Of a stretch of DNA of 64,000 nucleotides, positions 49,680 to 59,527 are shown piece after piece (position 1 is the first letter of the stretch; every line of letters starts with the position of its first letter). Origin of the DNA: an uncultured Bacteroidales bacterium (GTDB lineage Bacteria; Bacteroidota; Bacteroidia; Bacteroidales; UBA932); contig CAMBRR010000001.1 of the NCBI GenBank assembly GCA_945870315.1, positions 13,179 through 77,178 of the forward strand, read 5' to 3'. The notes under the pieces were generated by a model. It searched no databases. It was given only the letters and a program-made list of their open reading frames with translations, and was not told where the DNA came from. The translations under genes were made by a program, and so were the position numbers.

Positions 49680-50459
49680 ATGAGTATATTCAAAAACTGG
49701 ATTGTAAAGAATCTTTTGATAGCTTTGGCCGTGGTTGTGGTATTGTGCTTGTCGGCTATGATTCTGCTGAATGTTTTTACAAAGCACAATCATGAACTCA
49801 CTGTGCCGGATTTGAATAATATGACAGTCGAGCAGGCTGTGGCAATAGCTTCAGAGGCTGGGATGAGGGTGGAAGTTACGGATTCCATTTTTGCCCGCCG
49901 CCGTCGCAAGGGCACCGTTTACCGCCAGGTCCCTTCTGCCGGCTCAAAGGTTAAGCAGGGGCGCCGCATTATGCTGACAATCAATGCAGTGAATGCTAAA
50001 AAGGTTACGATGCCGAACCTTGTCGGATATTCTCTCCGTCAGGCAAAGGCGGAAATCCTTTCAAGAGGTCTGGTTGTTGGAAGACTGATATATGTGAATG
50101 ACATAGCTACCAATAATGTGCTCCGCCAGCTCATCGGGAATATGGAGGTCCAGCCAGGAACATATGTTGAAAGCGAGTCCGTTGTGGACCTTGTGCTTGG
50201 TCTTAATCCCGATGACAACCAGACTTGTATCCCGGATGTCAGAGGGCTGAAGATGTCCACTGCGGTGGATGCAATCCACGATATGTCCCTCAATGTGGGA
50301 CGATTGAGATTCGATTCCACGGTGAAGACCTTCGATGACAGTCTCGATGCGGTCGTATATACCCAGAGACCGGAGCCATCGTCCCTTCCTACCCTTATGG
50401 GCGGGGATGTTACAATCTATCTGACCATTGACAAAAACAAAATCCCGGCAGGACAATGA
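49680..50459 (+). CDS. Membrane-anchored protein with three PASTA repeats and no kinase or PBP domain
   Basis: Start at MSIFKNWIV. One TM helix, then three repeats of about 65 aa (VPDLNNMTVEQAVAIASEAGM..., MPNLVGYSLRQAKAEILSRGL..., IPDVRGLKMSTAVDAIHDMSL...). Confidence 0.8.
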   Translation: MSIFKNWIVKNLLIALAVVVVLCLSAMILLNVFTKHNHELTVPDLNNMTVEQAVAIASEAGMRVEVTDSIFARRRRKGTVYRQVPSAGSKVKQGRRIMLTINAVNAKKVTMPNLVGYSLRQAKAEILSRGLVVGRLIYVNDIATNNVLRQLIGNMEVQPGTYVESESVVDLVLGLNPDDNQTCIPDVRGLKMSTAVDAIHDMSLNVGRLRFDSTVKTFDDSLDAVVYTQRPEPSSLPTLMGGDVTIYLTIDKNKIPAGQ

Positions 50460-51559
50460 GAGAAGACATCTTTGACACTGACGAAGAGTTCCTTGACAAG
50501 GATGACCTTGAACTGTCAGAAGACCAGGAACAGGGAATGTTCGAGCATTATCGCTTCGAACTTGACAAAGGGCAGGCGCCTATGCGTGTGGACAAGTATC
50601 TTGCCACCCATATGGAGTATACTTCCCGCCACAGGATTCAGCTGGCCATCAAGGCCGAATACATACGCGTAAATGACAAGATAGTCAAGGCCAACTATGT
50701 GGTCAGACCAGGTGATGTCATTACCTTCGTGATGCCGTACCAGAGGAGGGGACTGGAAATCCTTCCAGAGAACATTCCGCTCGATATAGTCTATGAGGAC
50801 GAAGATGTGCTGGTCCTAAACAAGAAGGCTGGGATGGTCGTTCACCCCGGCCACGGACATTTTTCCGGTACCCTGGTCAATGCTCTTGCCTACCATCTCG
50901 GAATTTCGCAAGGTCCTGATGCTCAGGATGAAAGAATGGGCGTGCTGGTGCATCGCATAGACAAGGATACCTCCGGGCTTCTTGTCGTTGCCAAAAATGA
51001 CGAGGCTCAGCTCAACCTTGCAAGGCAGTTTTTCGTCCATTCCATAGAGAGACGCTATGTGGCCATCGTCTGGGGAAACATCAAGGAGGATGAAGGAACC
51101 ATAGAAGGGAACATAGGTCGGGACCCCTCTGACAGGATGCGTTTCAAGGTCTTTCCAGAAGGGGACCACGGCAAGCGGGCTGTGACTCATTGGAAGGTGC
51201 TGGAGAGGTTCGGATATGTGACCGTTGTCGAATGTCGTCTTGAGACTGGACGAACCCACCAGATCAGGGTGCATTTCAACTGGATAGGTCATCCACTTTT
51301 CAATGACGAACGTTATGACGGAGCTGAAATCCGAAAGGGTACCATCTATGCGAAATACCGCCAGTTCATCGAAAACTGCTTCAAGATTCTGCCTCGCCAG
51401 GCCCTTCACGCCAAGACTTTGGGTTTTGTGCATCCTCGCACTGGAGAGACAATCAGGTTCGATTCAGCCTTGCCGTCAGATATGCAGGCCCTCATTGAAA
51501 AATGGAGGAAATATTCAGAGAATATGAATGAAACACTAAATACTGATATATATGAATAG
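50456..51559 (+). CDS. rluD: RluA/RluD-family 23S rRNA pseudouridine synthase with an S4 domain and an acidic N-terminal extension
   Basis: 367 aa. HRIDKDTSGLLVVAK catalytic Asp motif and GRTHQIRVH. ATGA overlap with the PASTA gene. Confidence 0.92.
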   Translation: MREDIFDTDEEFLDKDDLELSEDQEQGMFEHYRFELDKGQAPMRVDKYLATHMEYTSRHRIQLAIKAEYIRVNDKIVKANYVVRPGDVITFVMPYQRRGLEILPENIPLDIVYEDEDVLVLNKKAGMVVHPGHGHFSGTLVNALAYHLGISQGPDAQDERMGVLVHRIDKDTSGLLVVAKNDEAQLNLARQFFVHSIERRYVAIVWGNIKEDEGTIEGNIGRDPSDRMRFKVFPEGDHGKRAVTHWKVLERFGYVTVVECRLETGRTHQIRVHFNWIGHPLFNDERYDGAEIRKGTIYAKYRQFIENCFKILPRQALHAKTLGFVHPRTGETIRFDSALPSDMQALIEKWRKYSENMNETLNTDIYE

Positions 51560-53867
51560 AAAAAATTCATCTGCTATCTTGGCAGTTTCCGTTGTGCTTG
51601 CCGGTTGTGTGGGTAACACTGTTGTGCCGGTCATCGATTCAGATGCGAATGTAGAAAAGAAAGTTGAGAGCGTCCTATCCGGAATGACTCTCGAAGAAAA
51701 GGCAGGACAGCTTGTCCAGATTACCTCCGATGTAATTTCCACTGATGGGAAACTGGATACATCCAAAGTAAGGACCATCGTAAGGGACTGGAAAGTAGGT
51801 TCCTTCCTGAATGTCTTCGGCGGAGTAAGCGCCTCTCGTGCGGAAACTGCTGAGATGGTGCGTCAGATCCAGGAAATATCAATGGATGAACTTGGGATTC
51901 CGACAATCTTCGGTCTGGATATGATTCACGGGGCAACATATCTTTCTGACGGGACATTCTTCCCACAGGAAATCAACCTTGCAGCTACTTTCAATAGGGA
52001 ATATGCAACTGAGCTAGGCAGGGTGATGGCCTATGAGACGAGGGCTGCGATGGTTCCTTGGATTTTCTCTCCTGTAATGGACCTGGGACGCGATCCTCGC
52101 TGGCCTCGTCACTGGGAGAGCTGGGGAGAGGACCCGTATCTCCAGAGTGAAATGTCTGTTGCAGAGACAATTGCAGCACAGGGTGAAGATCCAAACCATA
52201 TTGATCTTGAGCATACTGCAGTAAGCATCAAGCATTATCTTGGTTATGGCGCCCCTGCCACGGGCCAGGACCGTACACCTGCAATAATAAATCCGTTGGA
52301 TCTCAAGGAAAAATATTTCCGTCCTTTCAAGGAGTGTTTCAAGGCTGGTGCCCTCACTCTGATGGCCAACTCCGCATCCATCAACGGTGTCCCGGTTCAC
52401 TCCAGCCACGAATATCTTACGGAGTGGTGTAAGGAGGATCTCGGTTGGGACGGAATGGTTGTAACCGACTGGGCCGACATCAACAATCTATACACCCGCG
52501 AGCACATTGCTGCCGACAGGATGGAGGCAGTTGAAATAGGGATCAATGCCGGAGTTGATATGATTATGGATCCTTATGACCCTTCTGTATGCGGTGACAT
52601 AGTTGCACTTGTCAAGGAAGGTCGTATTTCAGCGGAAAGGCTTGATGATGCCGTTCGCAGGGTTCTCCGCCTGAAAGTCCGTCTTGGGCTTTTCGAAAAT
52701 CCAGTATGGAGCGTTGACGGTTATGACAAGTTCGCTTGTGAAGAGTTCAGGCAGATTTCATATAACTCTACCGTTGAATCTATGGTTCTGCTCAAGAATG
52801 AAAACAGTTTGCTGCCTCTTAGGAAAGGTACCAGAATACTGGTGACCGGTCCTAATGCCAATTCTATGAGGACTCTCAACGGTGGTTGGTCATACTCCTG
52901 GCAGGGAGATAGGGTGGAGGAGTTCACCCAAGATTACAATACCATCCTGGAAGCGCTTTGCTCAGAGTTCGGTTCATCCAATGTAACTTATTGCCCTGGA
53001 GTGGAATATGTAAGTGGAGGAAACTGGAAGGATGACAGGGTTGTTGACCTTGGAGCTGTCACTGCTGCAGCCCGCAGGGCAGATGTCGTGGTCGTCTGCG
53101 TGGGTGAGAATACCTATTGCGAGACACTGGGCAACATAAACGACCTGAATCTTTCCGCCAACCAGAAGAATCTTGTCCGTGCTGCGGCAGCCGCAGGAAA
53201 ACCTGTCGTTCTCATCCTGAACGAGGGTCGTCCGAGAATCATCAATGATATTGAACCTCTCGCCTCTGCTGTCGTGGACATAATGCTTCCGAGCAACTTC
53301 GGTGGAGATGCTCTTGCAGCCCTTCTTTCAGGACGCGAAAACTTCAGCGGAAAACTTCCGTTCACATATAGCAAATATGTCAATGCCCTCCATACTTATG
53401 ACTACAAGGTCAGCGAGAATGTCCAGACGATGGAAGGCGCATATAATTACGATGCCACTATGGATGTTCAGTGGCCTTTCGGTTATGGACTCAGTTATAC
53501 CACATTCCAGTATTCCGACTTCAATGTCGATGTCGACAGGTTCGAGCACGGCAGCAAGCCTCTCAAGTTCCGGGTTACAGTCACCAATACGGGAAATGTA
53601 AAGGGTAAGGAGACAGTCCTCCTGTATTCTAGCGATGTCGTTGCCAGCGTAGTGCCTGATGTCAAGAGACTTCGTGCATTTGCAAAGATTGAACTTGAAC
53701 CCGGTGAGAGCAAGGTGGTCGAATTGGAAGTTCCTGTAGATGAACTTGCATTCGTAGGAAGAGACGGAAAGTGGATTCTCGAAGAGGGAGAATTCCGTTT
53801 CACCTGCGGTACAGAGCATATAAAGGATGTTATATGTACTAAGACCTATGTATACCTTCATAATTAG
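51552..53867 (+). CDS. Glycoside hydrolase family 3 beta-glucosidase-type lipoprotein
   Basis: 771 aa. Lipobox VLAGC, then MTLEEKAGQL, KHYLGYG, GMVVTDW (nucleophile Asp) and a C-terminal FnIII-like domain. Confidence 0.92.
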   Translation: MNRKNSSAILAVSVVLAGCVGNTVVPVIDSDANVEKKVESVLSGMTLEEKAGQLVQITSDVISTDGKLDTSKVRTIVRDWKVGSFLNVFGGVSASRAETAEMVRQIQEISMDELGIPTIFGLDMIHGATYLSDGTFFPQEINLAATFNREYATELGRVMAYETRAAMVPWIFSPVMDLGRDPRWPRHWESWGEDPYLQSEMSVAETIAAQGEDPNHIDLEHTAVSIKHYLGYGAPATGQDRTPAIINPLDLKEKYFRPFKECFKAGALTLMANSASINGVPVHSSHEYLTEWCKEDLGWDGMVVTDWADINNLYTREHIAADRMEAVEIGINAGVDMIMDPYDPSVCGDIVALVKEGRISAERLDDAVRRVLRLKVRLGLFENPVWSVDGYDKFACEEFRQISYNSTVESMVLLKNENSLLPLRKGTRILVTGPNANSMRTLNGGWSYSWQGDRVEEFTQDYNTILEALCSEFGSSNVTYCPGVEYVSGGNWKDDRVVDLGAVTAAARRADVVVVCVGENTYCETLGNINDLNLSANQKNLVRAAAAAGKPVVLILNEGRPRIINDIEPLASAVVDIMLPSNFGGDALAALLSGRENFSGKLPFTYSKYVNALHTYDYKVSENVQTMEGAYNYDATMDVQWPFGYGLSYTTFQYSDFNVDVDRFEHGSKPLKFRVTVTNTGNVKGKETVLLYSSDVVASVVPDVKRLRAFAKIELEPGESKVVELEVPVDELAFVGRDGKWILEEGEFRFTCGTEHIKDVICTKTYVYLHN

Positions 53868-55305
53868 TCTTTTTGCCCTCATTGCCGGATATTTCCTATA
53901 CGGAAAGTTGGTGGAGAGGGTTTTTGGACCAGATAAGTCACGCCCCGTCCCTGCTGTTGAAAAGGCTGACGGGGTGGACTTTATTGCAATGCCTTCGTGG
54001 AAGGTGTTTATGGTCCAGTTTCTCAACATTGCCGGAACAGGCCCTATCTTCGGAGCCATTATGGGTGCCAAGTTCGGTCCTGCGGCTTATCTATGGATAG
54101 TTTTCGGATGTATTTTCGCAGGTGCCGTCCACGATTATCTTACCGGAATGCTGTCCATAAGGAATTCCGGAGCGGGACTGCCGGAACTTGTCGGAAAGTA
54201 CCTTGGAGCCCCTGTCAAGAAAGTGCTTCTGGTCTTTTCCGTCATCGTGCTGCTGCTAGTGGGGACAGTATTCGTTTATAGCCCGGCCCTTATACTGGGC
54301 GATCTTGCCGGGGATGGCTCCCGGATGGCAATAATGCTTTGGGTAGGCGCAATCTTTATCTATTATATCCTTGCATCCATACTCCCGATTGACAAGATTG
54401 TGGGACGGATTTATCCGATATTCGCTTTTGCCCTGCTCTTTATGGCTGTCGCCTTGATGGTGTGCCTTTTTGTCAAATGGCCTTCTATTCCTGAACTTTG
54501 GGATGGAATCGGCAATTGGGGAGAGGCTCAGGGACTTCTGTCTGACCAGCCAATATTCCCTTGTCTTTTCATCACCATAGCCTGCGGAGCCGTAAGCGGT
54601 TTCCACGCAACACAGAGCCCTCTTATGGCAAGGTGTATCCAGAATGAAAAACTCGGAAGGCCGGTTTTCTATGGAGCTATGATTACAGAGGGTGTAGTCG
54701 CCCTTATTTGGGCAGCAGTCGCTTCCTATTTCTTTTATGACTCAGGCGCGGCTGCCTTAGGCTCATCCCTGACTGCATCTGCACCGGAAGTGGTATCGAA
54801 GATTTCCGTGGGCTGGCTCGGAATCCTGGGCGGCATACTTGCCATACTGGGTGTTGTCGTAGCCCCGATTACAAGCGGGGATACCGCTTTCAGAAGCGCG
54901 AGACTTGTGATTGCCGACTTCCTGAAATTCGATCAGAAGCCAATCCGAAACCGTCTGTTTATCGGCATCCCACTCTTTATAGCCGCCTCACTTCTGCTGT
55001 GGTACAATGTGGCTGACGAAAACGGTTTCAATGTCATATGGAGATATTTCGGCTGGGCAAACCAGACCTTGGCCGTATTTGCATTGTGGACGGCTACGGC
55101 CTATCTGGTAAAAGATGGCAGGGGACTGAGCTATCTTATAGCGATGATTCCGGCTGCCTTTATGACGGCTGTGTGCGTGACCTATATCTGTATTGCCAGG
55201 ATAGGTTTCAACTTGCCTTCCTCTTGGAACTGGCCGATTGGCCTGGCTGTCTTTGTCCTGAGCATACTTGTTTTTTATTTGTTGAAAAACAGAAAGAAGA
55301 AATAG
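53848..55305 (+). CDS. cstA: Carbon starvation protein A family transporter
   Basis: Start at MYTFIISLFALIAGYFLYGKLVERVFG (Met8 of the ORF track). FMVQFLNIAGTGPIFGAIMGA. About 20-nt overlap with the GH3 gene. Confidence 0.9.
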   Translation: MYTFIISLFALIAGYFLYGKLVERVFGPDKSRPVPAVEKADGVDFIAMPSWKVFMVQFLNIAGTGPIFGAIMGAKFGPAAYLWIVFGCIFAGAVHDYLTGMLSIRNSGAGLPELVGKYLGAPVKKVLLVFSVIVLLLVGTVFVYSPALILGDLAGDGSRMAIMLWVGAIFIYYILASILPIDKIVGRIYPIFAFALLFMAVALMVCLFVKWPSIPELWDGIGNWGEAQGLLSDQPIFPCLFITIACGAVSGFHATQSPLMARCIQNEKLGRPVFYGAMITEGVVALIWAAVASYFFYDSGAAALGSSLTASAPEVVSKISVGWLGILGGILAILGVVVAPITSGDTAFRSARLVIADFLKFDQKPIRNRLFIGIPLFIAASLLLWYNVADENGFNVIWRYFGWANQTLAVFALWTATAYLVKDGRGLSYLIAMIPAAFMTAVCVTYICIARIGFNLPSSWNWPIGLAVFVLSILVFYLLKNRKKK

Positions 55306-55336
55306 CTCTACGTTTTTCAGACCTCAGATTAGGCCG

Positions 55337-56593
55337 TTACTCCAGTTCCTTGGCGAGTCCGCCCTCGCCGGTTTCCTTGTAAAGTGAAGGGAGATCCTTA
55401 CCGGTCTCCTTCATTACTTTTACGGCCTGGTCAAAGGATACTCTGTGCCGTCCATCAGTGTAGAGGGCATATATGCTGGCATCCAGAGCGCGAGCTGCCG
55501 CATAGGCGTTCCTTTCAATGCAAGGGATCTGAACCAGTCCGCAGACAGGGTCGCAGGTCAGGCCCAGGTGGTGTTCCAGACCCATTTCCGCTGCATATTC
55601 AATCTGTGCCGGACTTCCACCCATCAGTTGTGTCACAGCGGCAGCAGCCATCGCGCAGGCTACTCCGACTTCACCCTGGCATCCAACTTCAGCTCCGGAG
55701 ATGGATGCATTCTGCTTTACGACGTTTCCAATCAGAGCGGCAGTGGCAAGCGCCCTCACTATCCTTTTGTCACTGAACCCGTACACCTTTTTTACGTGAT
55801 AGAGAACTCCCGGCAGCACGCCGCAGGAGCCGCAAGTCGGAGCTGTCACTATAGTCCCTCCGCAGGCATTTTCTTCGCTGACCGCGAGGGCATAGGAAAA
55901 AATCAATCCACGGGTGCGAAGCACGTCTCCATAGCCTTCAGCACGGATAAAATAACTTGAAGCCTTGCGCCTGATGTGCAGAGGTCCAGGAAGTGAACCC
56001 TCCTGGTCTATACCCCTTTCAACGGCCTCGCACATAACCTTCCAGACAAGTTCCAGATGGGGCCATAGGTCCGGATCTTTTCCTTCCATCTCATCTACAT
56101 ATTCCCAATATTCCTTTCCCTGCCTGTTGCACCAGTCAAGCAATTCGGTCATAGTGCTCAGACTGTAAATTTCATCCTCCTCTGAACTTTCTTCAGGGGA
56201 CTCCATACAGATTATATCACCTCCTCCAATGCTGTAATAGGTCCATTTGTCATATTGGTCCCCATCGAAATTGACCGAGGCTATTTTCATCCCGTTGGGG
56301 TGGACAGGAAGTACTTCTTTTGGCCTCCATTCAATGTCCACATCTCCAGCCCTGCGGAAATTGCCCTCGATGGTTTCCTTGTCGGTCCACCTCCAGGTCT
56401 GGTATGCTTCCTCTATGGCAATGTCAGTGAGGTGGCCCTTTCCGGTTGCGGCAAGGGAGCCATACAGCGTCACGTGAAGGTGATGCGCGTCCGGATGATG
56501 CTCCAGGTATGACCTGACAGCCTTGAATGGCCCCATTGTATGGCTGCTGGAGGGGCCTTTGCCTATCTTATAGATTAATTTTATAGATTTCAT
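55337..56593 (-). CDS. sdaA: L-serine ammonia-lyase, iron-sulfur-dependent, single-chain form
   Basis: 418 aa. GKGPSSSHTMGP N-terminus, and TCGSCG / GAEVGCQGEVGVA in the alpha domain. Confidence 0.92.
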   Translation of the reverse strand: MKSIKLIYKIGKGPSSSHTMGPFKAVRSYLEHHPDAHHLHVTLYGSLAATGKGHLTDIAIEEAYQTWRWTDKETIEGNFRRAGDVDIEWRPKEVLPVHPNGMKIASVNFDGDQYDKWTYYSIGGGDIICMESPEESSEEDEIYSLSTMTELLDWCNRQGKEYWEYVDEMEGKDPDLWPHLELVWKVMCEAVERGIDQEGSLPGPLHIRRKASSYFIRAEGYGDVLRTRGLIFSYALAVSEENACGGTIVTAPTCGSCGVLPGVLYHVKKVYGFSDKRIVRALATAALIGNVVKQNASISGAEVGCQGEVGVACAMAAAAVTQLMGGSPAQIEYAAEMGLEHHLGLTCDPVCGLVQIPCIERNAYAAARALDASIYALYTDGRHRVSFDQAVKVMKETGKDLPSLYKETGEGGLAKELE

Positions 56594-58578
56594 AGATAAT
56601 CATCAAAATACATTGTGACCTTGTCCATCAAATGAATGCGGTCCTTACCCATAACATTGTGCTCGGCAGTAGGGTATGGGAAATAGTCAACCTGCACATT
56701 GTTAGAGATACATTCGCTGATAAAGCTGAGACTGTGTTGCCATACCACTACCGGATCCACAACTCCTTGACATATAAGCAGTTTCCCCTTGAGGTCCTTG
56801 GCCTTGGCAATCAAGCTTGTCTTGGCATACCCCTCAGGATTCCTATCGGGATGGTCCATATACCTTTCCCCGTACATAACTTCATACCACTTCCAATCAA
56901 TGACAGGTCCGCCGGCCACTCCGACTTTGAACACATCAGGGTAGTTGGTCATCAGAGAGATGGTCATAAACCCGCCATAACTCCACCCGTGCACACCGAT
57001 TCTTTCCTTGTCGATATACGGTTCTTCCATCAACTTCCTCACCCCGACCATCTGGTCAGCCATTTCAGCCTGGCCGCACTGACCATAGATGGCCTGCTCG
57101 AATTCCAGCCCTCTGTTTTCTGTCCCCCTGTTATCTTGAACATAAACCACATATCCCCTCTGCGCCATATACATTTCCCAATTGCGAAGTTCAGCTGCAA
57201 AGGTGTTGCGGACCATCTGGGAATGAGGCCCTCCATAGACATAGACTATGAGCGGATATTTCTTTGACGGATCGAACCCCGCAGGTTTTATCAGACGGTA
57301 CCAGTTATCATATTTCCCGTCAGCACTTCTTACTGTTCCAAGGGTGATTTCCCCATAACGGTAGTCCAGGGTGGGATCCTCTGCAATCAGCAGGTTTTCA
57401 GCCAGAGTGCCGTCTGCCTTGCGCAGATTTATCACTCTTGGAACACATAGGGAACTGTACCTGTCGATAAAGTACTCGCAGTCCGGACTCATCCTGACCT
57501 GATGCCAGCCTGCTTCTGGTGTAAGTCGTTGAGCTTCAGATATTCTGGCCCCTTTTACCCCTGAGGATAGTTTCTTCATTTCCACCCTGAAAAGGTGGTT
57601 TTCCACCGGTGAGACTTCGGCGCTGGTGTAGTAGAGATATCGCCCGTCGTTGCCTGCATATTTCACATCTGCATCCACTGCCGTAAGGCGCCTCACATTG
57701 CCCACGTTGTCGCAAAGATAGAGGTTCCTGTAGCCGTCGCGGTTGGCTGTGGGGTAGATGAAAAGATTATCACATCCCTTGATGAAGTAAAGAGGCTCAA
57801 GCGGTTCCACCCACTTGGGATTATATTCGGTAAGAATGATGCTTTTGCCCTCGGAGTTCCACCTGACAAGCATCAGGTGTTTCTGGCTTCTGTCCAGCAT
57901 CTGAATATATAACGATTCACCGTCCGGAGCCCAGCAGACATTGGTCAGGTAGCATTCCTGCGGGTTTTCCCAGCCGGCTTCCTTTGAGAGGGACTGTCCG
58001 TCGAAAGCCTTGGTCTGCCCGCTTTCAAGGTCGTACACCATCACATCCACCCTCTCTGAATCCATCCCTGCCATAGGATATTTTATGGGCATGTTCACAC
58101 CTGTCCTTGTGTTGATGTCAAGCAGAGGAAATTCGCCCACCTTGCTCTCATCTTTCACATAGAAGGCAACTTTTGTCTTATTTGCGTTCCAGAAGATGCC
58201 TTCATTGATCCCGAATTCATTACGGCTGACATAGGTTCCGCAGCTGATGTTCTTGTCAGTGAAGTGCGTGACGGTGTCAGTTATGAAGCCTCCGGCAGTT
58301 TCGTCATACCTTCTGATGCAAAGTTGACGGTTGTTCGTGTAGGCAGTAGTCTCTTTCTCGTTTGGCTTCTCCCTTGTCTGGATCAACTCGTGCCCCTTGC
58401 CTTCTGCCCATCCATAATACTTGTCGCGCGGATACAGCTCGCGGCTGAATACCGCCTGCCTCATAGTGATATCGGCTCCGTCAGGAGAATTGGCGGGCCT
58501 TGTGGTCTGTGCCTGGGATATTGCCGCAAAAAGCAGTCCTGAACACAAAGTGCCCAGGATTAGAAATCTCGTTCTCAT
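56590..58578 (-). CDS. S9-family serine peptidase (DPP-IV-like beta-propeller plus alpha/beta hydrolase)
   Basis: 662 aa. Signal peptide, propeller region, nucleophile motif HGWSYGGFM, and a C-terminal Asp/His region (QGVVDPVV, EHNV). Confidence 0.9.
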   Translation of the reverse strand: MRTRFLILGTLCSGLLFAAISQAQTTRPANSPDGADITMRQAVFSRELYPRDKYYGWAEGKGHELIQTREKPNEKETTAYTNNRQLCIRRYDETAGGFITDTVTHFTDKNISCGTYVSRNEFGINEGIFWNANKTKVAFYVKDESKVGEFPLLDINTRTGVNMPIKYPMAGMDSERVDVMVYDLESGQTKAFDGQSLSKEAGWENPQECYLTNVCWAPDGESLYIQMLDRSQKHLMLVRWNSEGKSIILTEYNPKWVEPLEPLYFIKGCDNLFIYPTANRDGYRNLYLCDNVGNVRRLTAVDADVKYAGNDGRYLYYTSAEVSPVENHLFRVEMKKLSSGVKGARISEAQRLTPEAGWHQVRMSPDCEYFIDRYSSLCVPRVINLRKADGTLAENLLIAEDPTLDYRYGEITLGTVRSADGKYDNWYRLIKPAGFDPSKKYPLIVYVYGGPHSQMVRNTFAAELRNWEMYMAQRGYVVYVQDNRGTENRGLEFEQAIYGQCGQAEMADQMVGVRKLMEEPYIDKERIGVHGWSYGGFMTISLMTNYPDVFKVGVAGGPVIDWKWYEVMYGERYMDHPDRNPEGYAKTSLIAKAKDLKGKLLICQGVVDPVVVWQHSLSFISECISNNVQVDYFPYPTAEHNVMGKDRIHLMDKVTMYFDDYL

Positions 58579-58581
58579 AAT

Positions 58582-58965
58582 TTATCTGACGGCTATAATT
58601 TTATCAACAATGTATTTCTGTTTTCCCCTCCACGGAAGAGCTCCGAGATATTCCTTGTAGTGGAGTTCCACCGTTCTGCTTCCGCATCTCATAAGGGAGT
58701 CTGCAATGGCCTTGTCAGTTATGGAAAAATCGAATTCGTAGGACTGTATGCTTCCGGCATTTGTTCCCTTTCCTTTTCCGAAACCGGATTGAATAACCTT
58801 TCCTTCGTAGGTCTTGAATATATATCCCTTATATACTACATAGTTGAGTTCTCCTGCTTTCACGCCTTCGCCGAACACGAAGTAGAACTTGAAGAAAATC
58901 AGTGCGGCAAGGGCTATTGCCACTACCGAACTGATGATGAGGATCATTTTTTTCTTGATTGTCAT
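58582..58965 (-). CDS. Small membrane-anchored hypothetical protein
   Basis: 127 aa. One N-terminal TM helix (MILIISSVVAIALAALIFF) and a beta-rich domain of about 95 aa. 3-nt gap to the S9 peptidase gene. Family not recognised. Confidence 0.55.
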   Translation of the reverse strand: MTIKKKMILIISSVVAIALAALIFFKFYFVFGEGVKAGELNYVVYKGYIFKTYEGKVIQSGFGKGKGTNAGSIQSYEFDFSITDKAIADSLMRCGSRTVELHYKEYLGALPWRGKQKYIVDKIIAVR

Positions 58966-59004
58966 ATCCGTTGTTTATTTTATTATCTCAAGTTTTGCAT
59001 CTCG

Positions 59005-59012
59005 CAAAAATA
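59005..59012 (-). promoter_or_regulatory. Candidate -7 box (TATTTTTG on the minus strand) for the small protein / S9 peptidase / sdaA train
   Basis: The plus strand reads CAAAAATA, 40 nt upstream of ATG 58965. It overlaps the terminator U-tract. Confidence 0.35.
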
Positions 59013-59050
59013 ATAAAAAATGTCCATATGATTGAATACATATGGACATT
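59005..59050 (-). terminator. Intrinsic terminator of the V-type ATPase operon (minus strand)
   Basis: 12-bp perfect stem AATGTCCATATG (59019-59030) / CATATGGACATT (59039-59050) with an 8-nt loop. Followed on the minus strand by TTTTTTATTATTTTT. Lies 21 nt after the ntpK stop. Confidence 0.78.
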
Positions 59051-59071
59051 TAAATATAAAACGGAGACCGT

Positions 59072-59503
<432 letters not shown>

Positions 59504-59527
59504 TTATTGTTTTAATTGTTTGTATTG

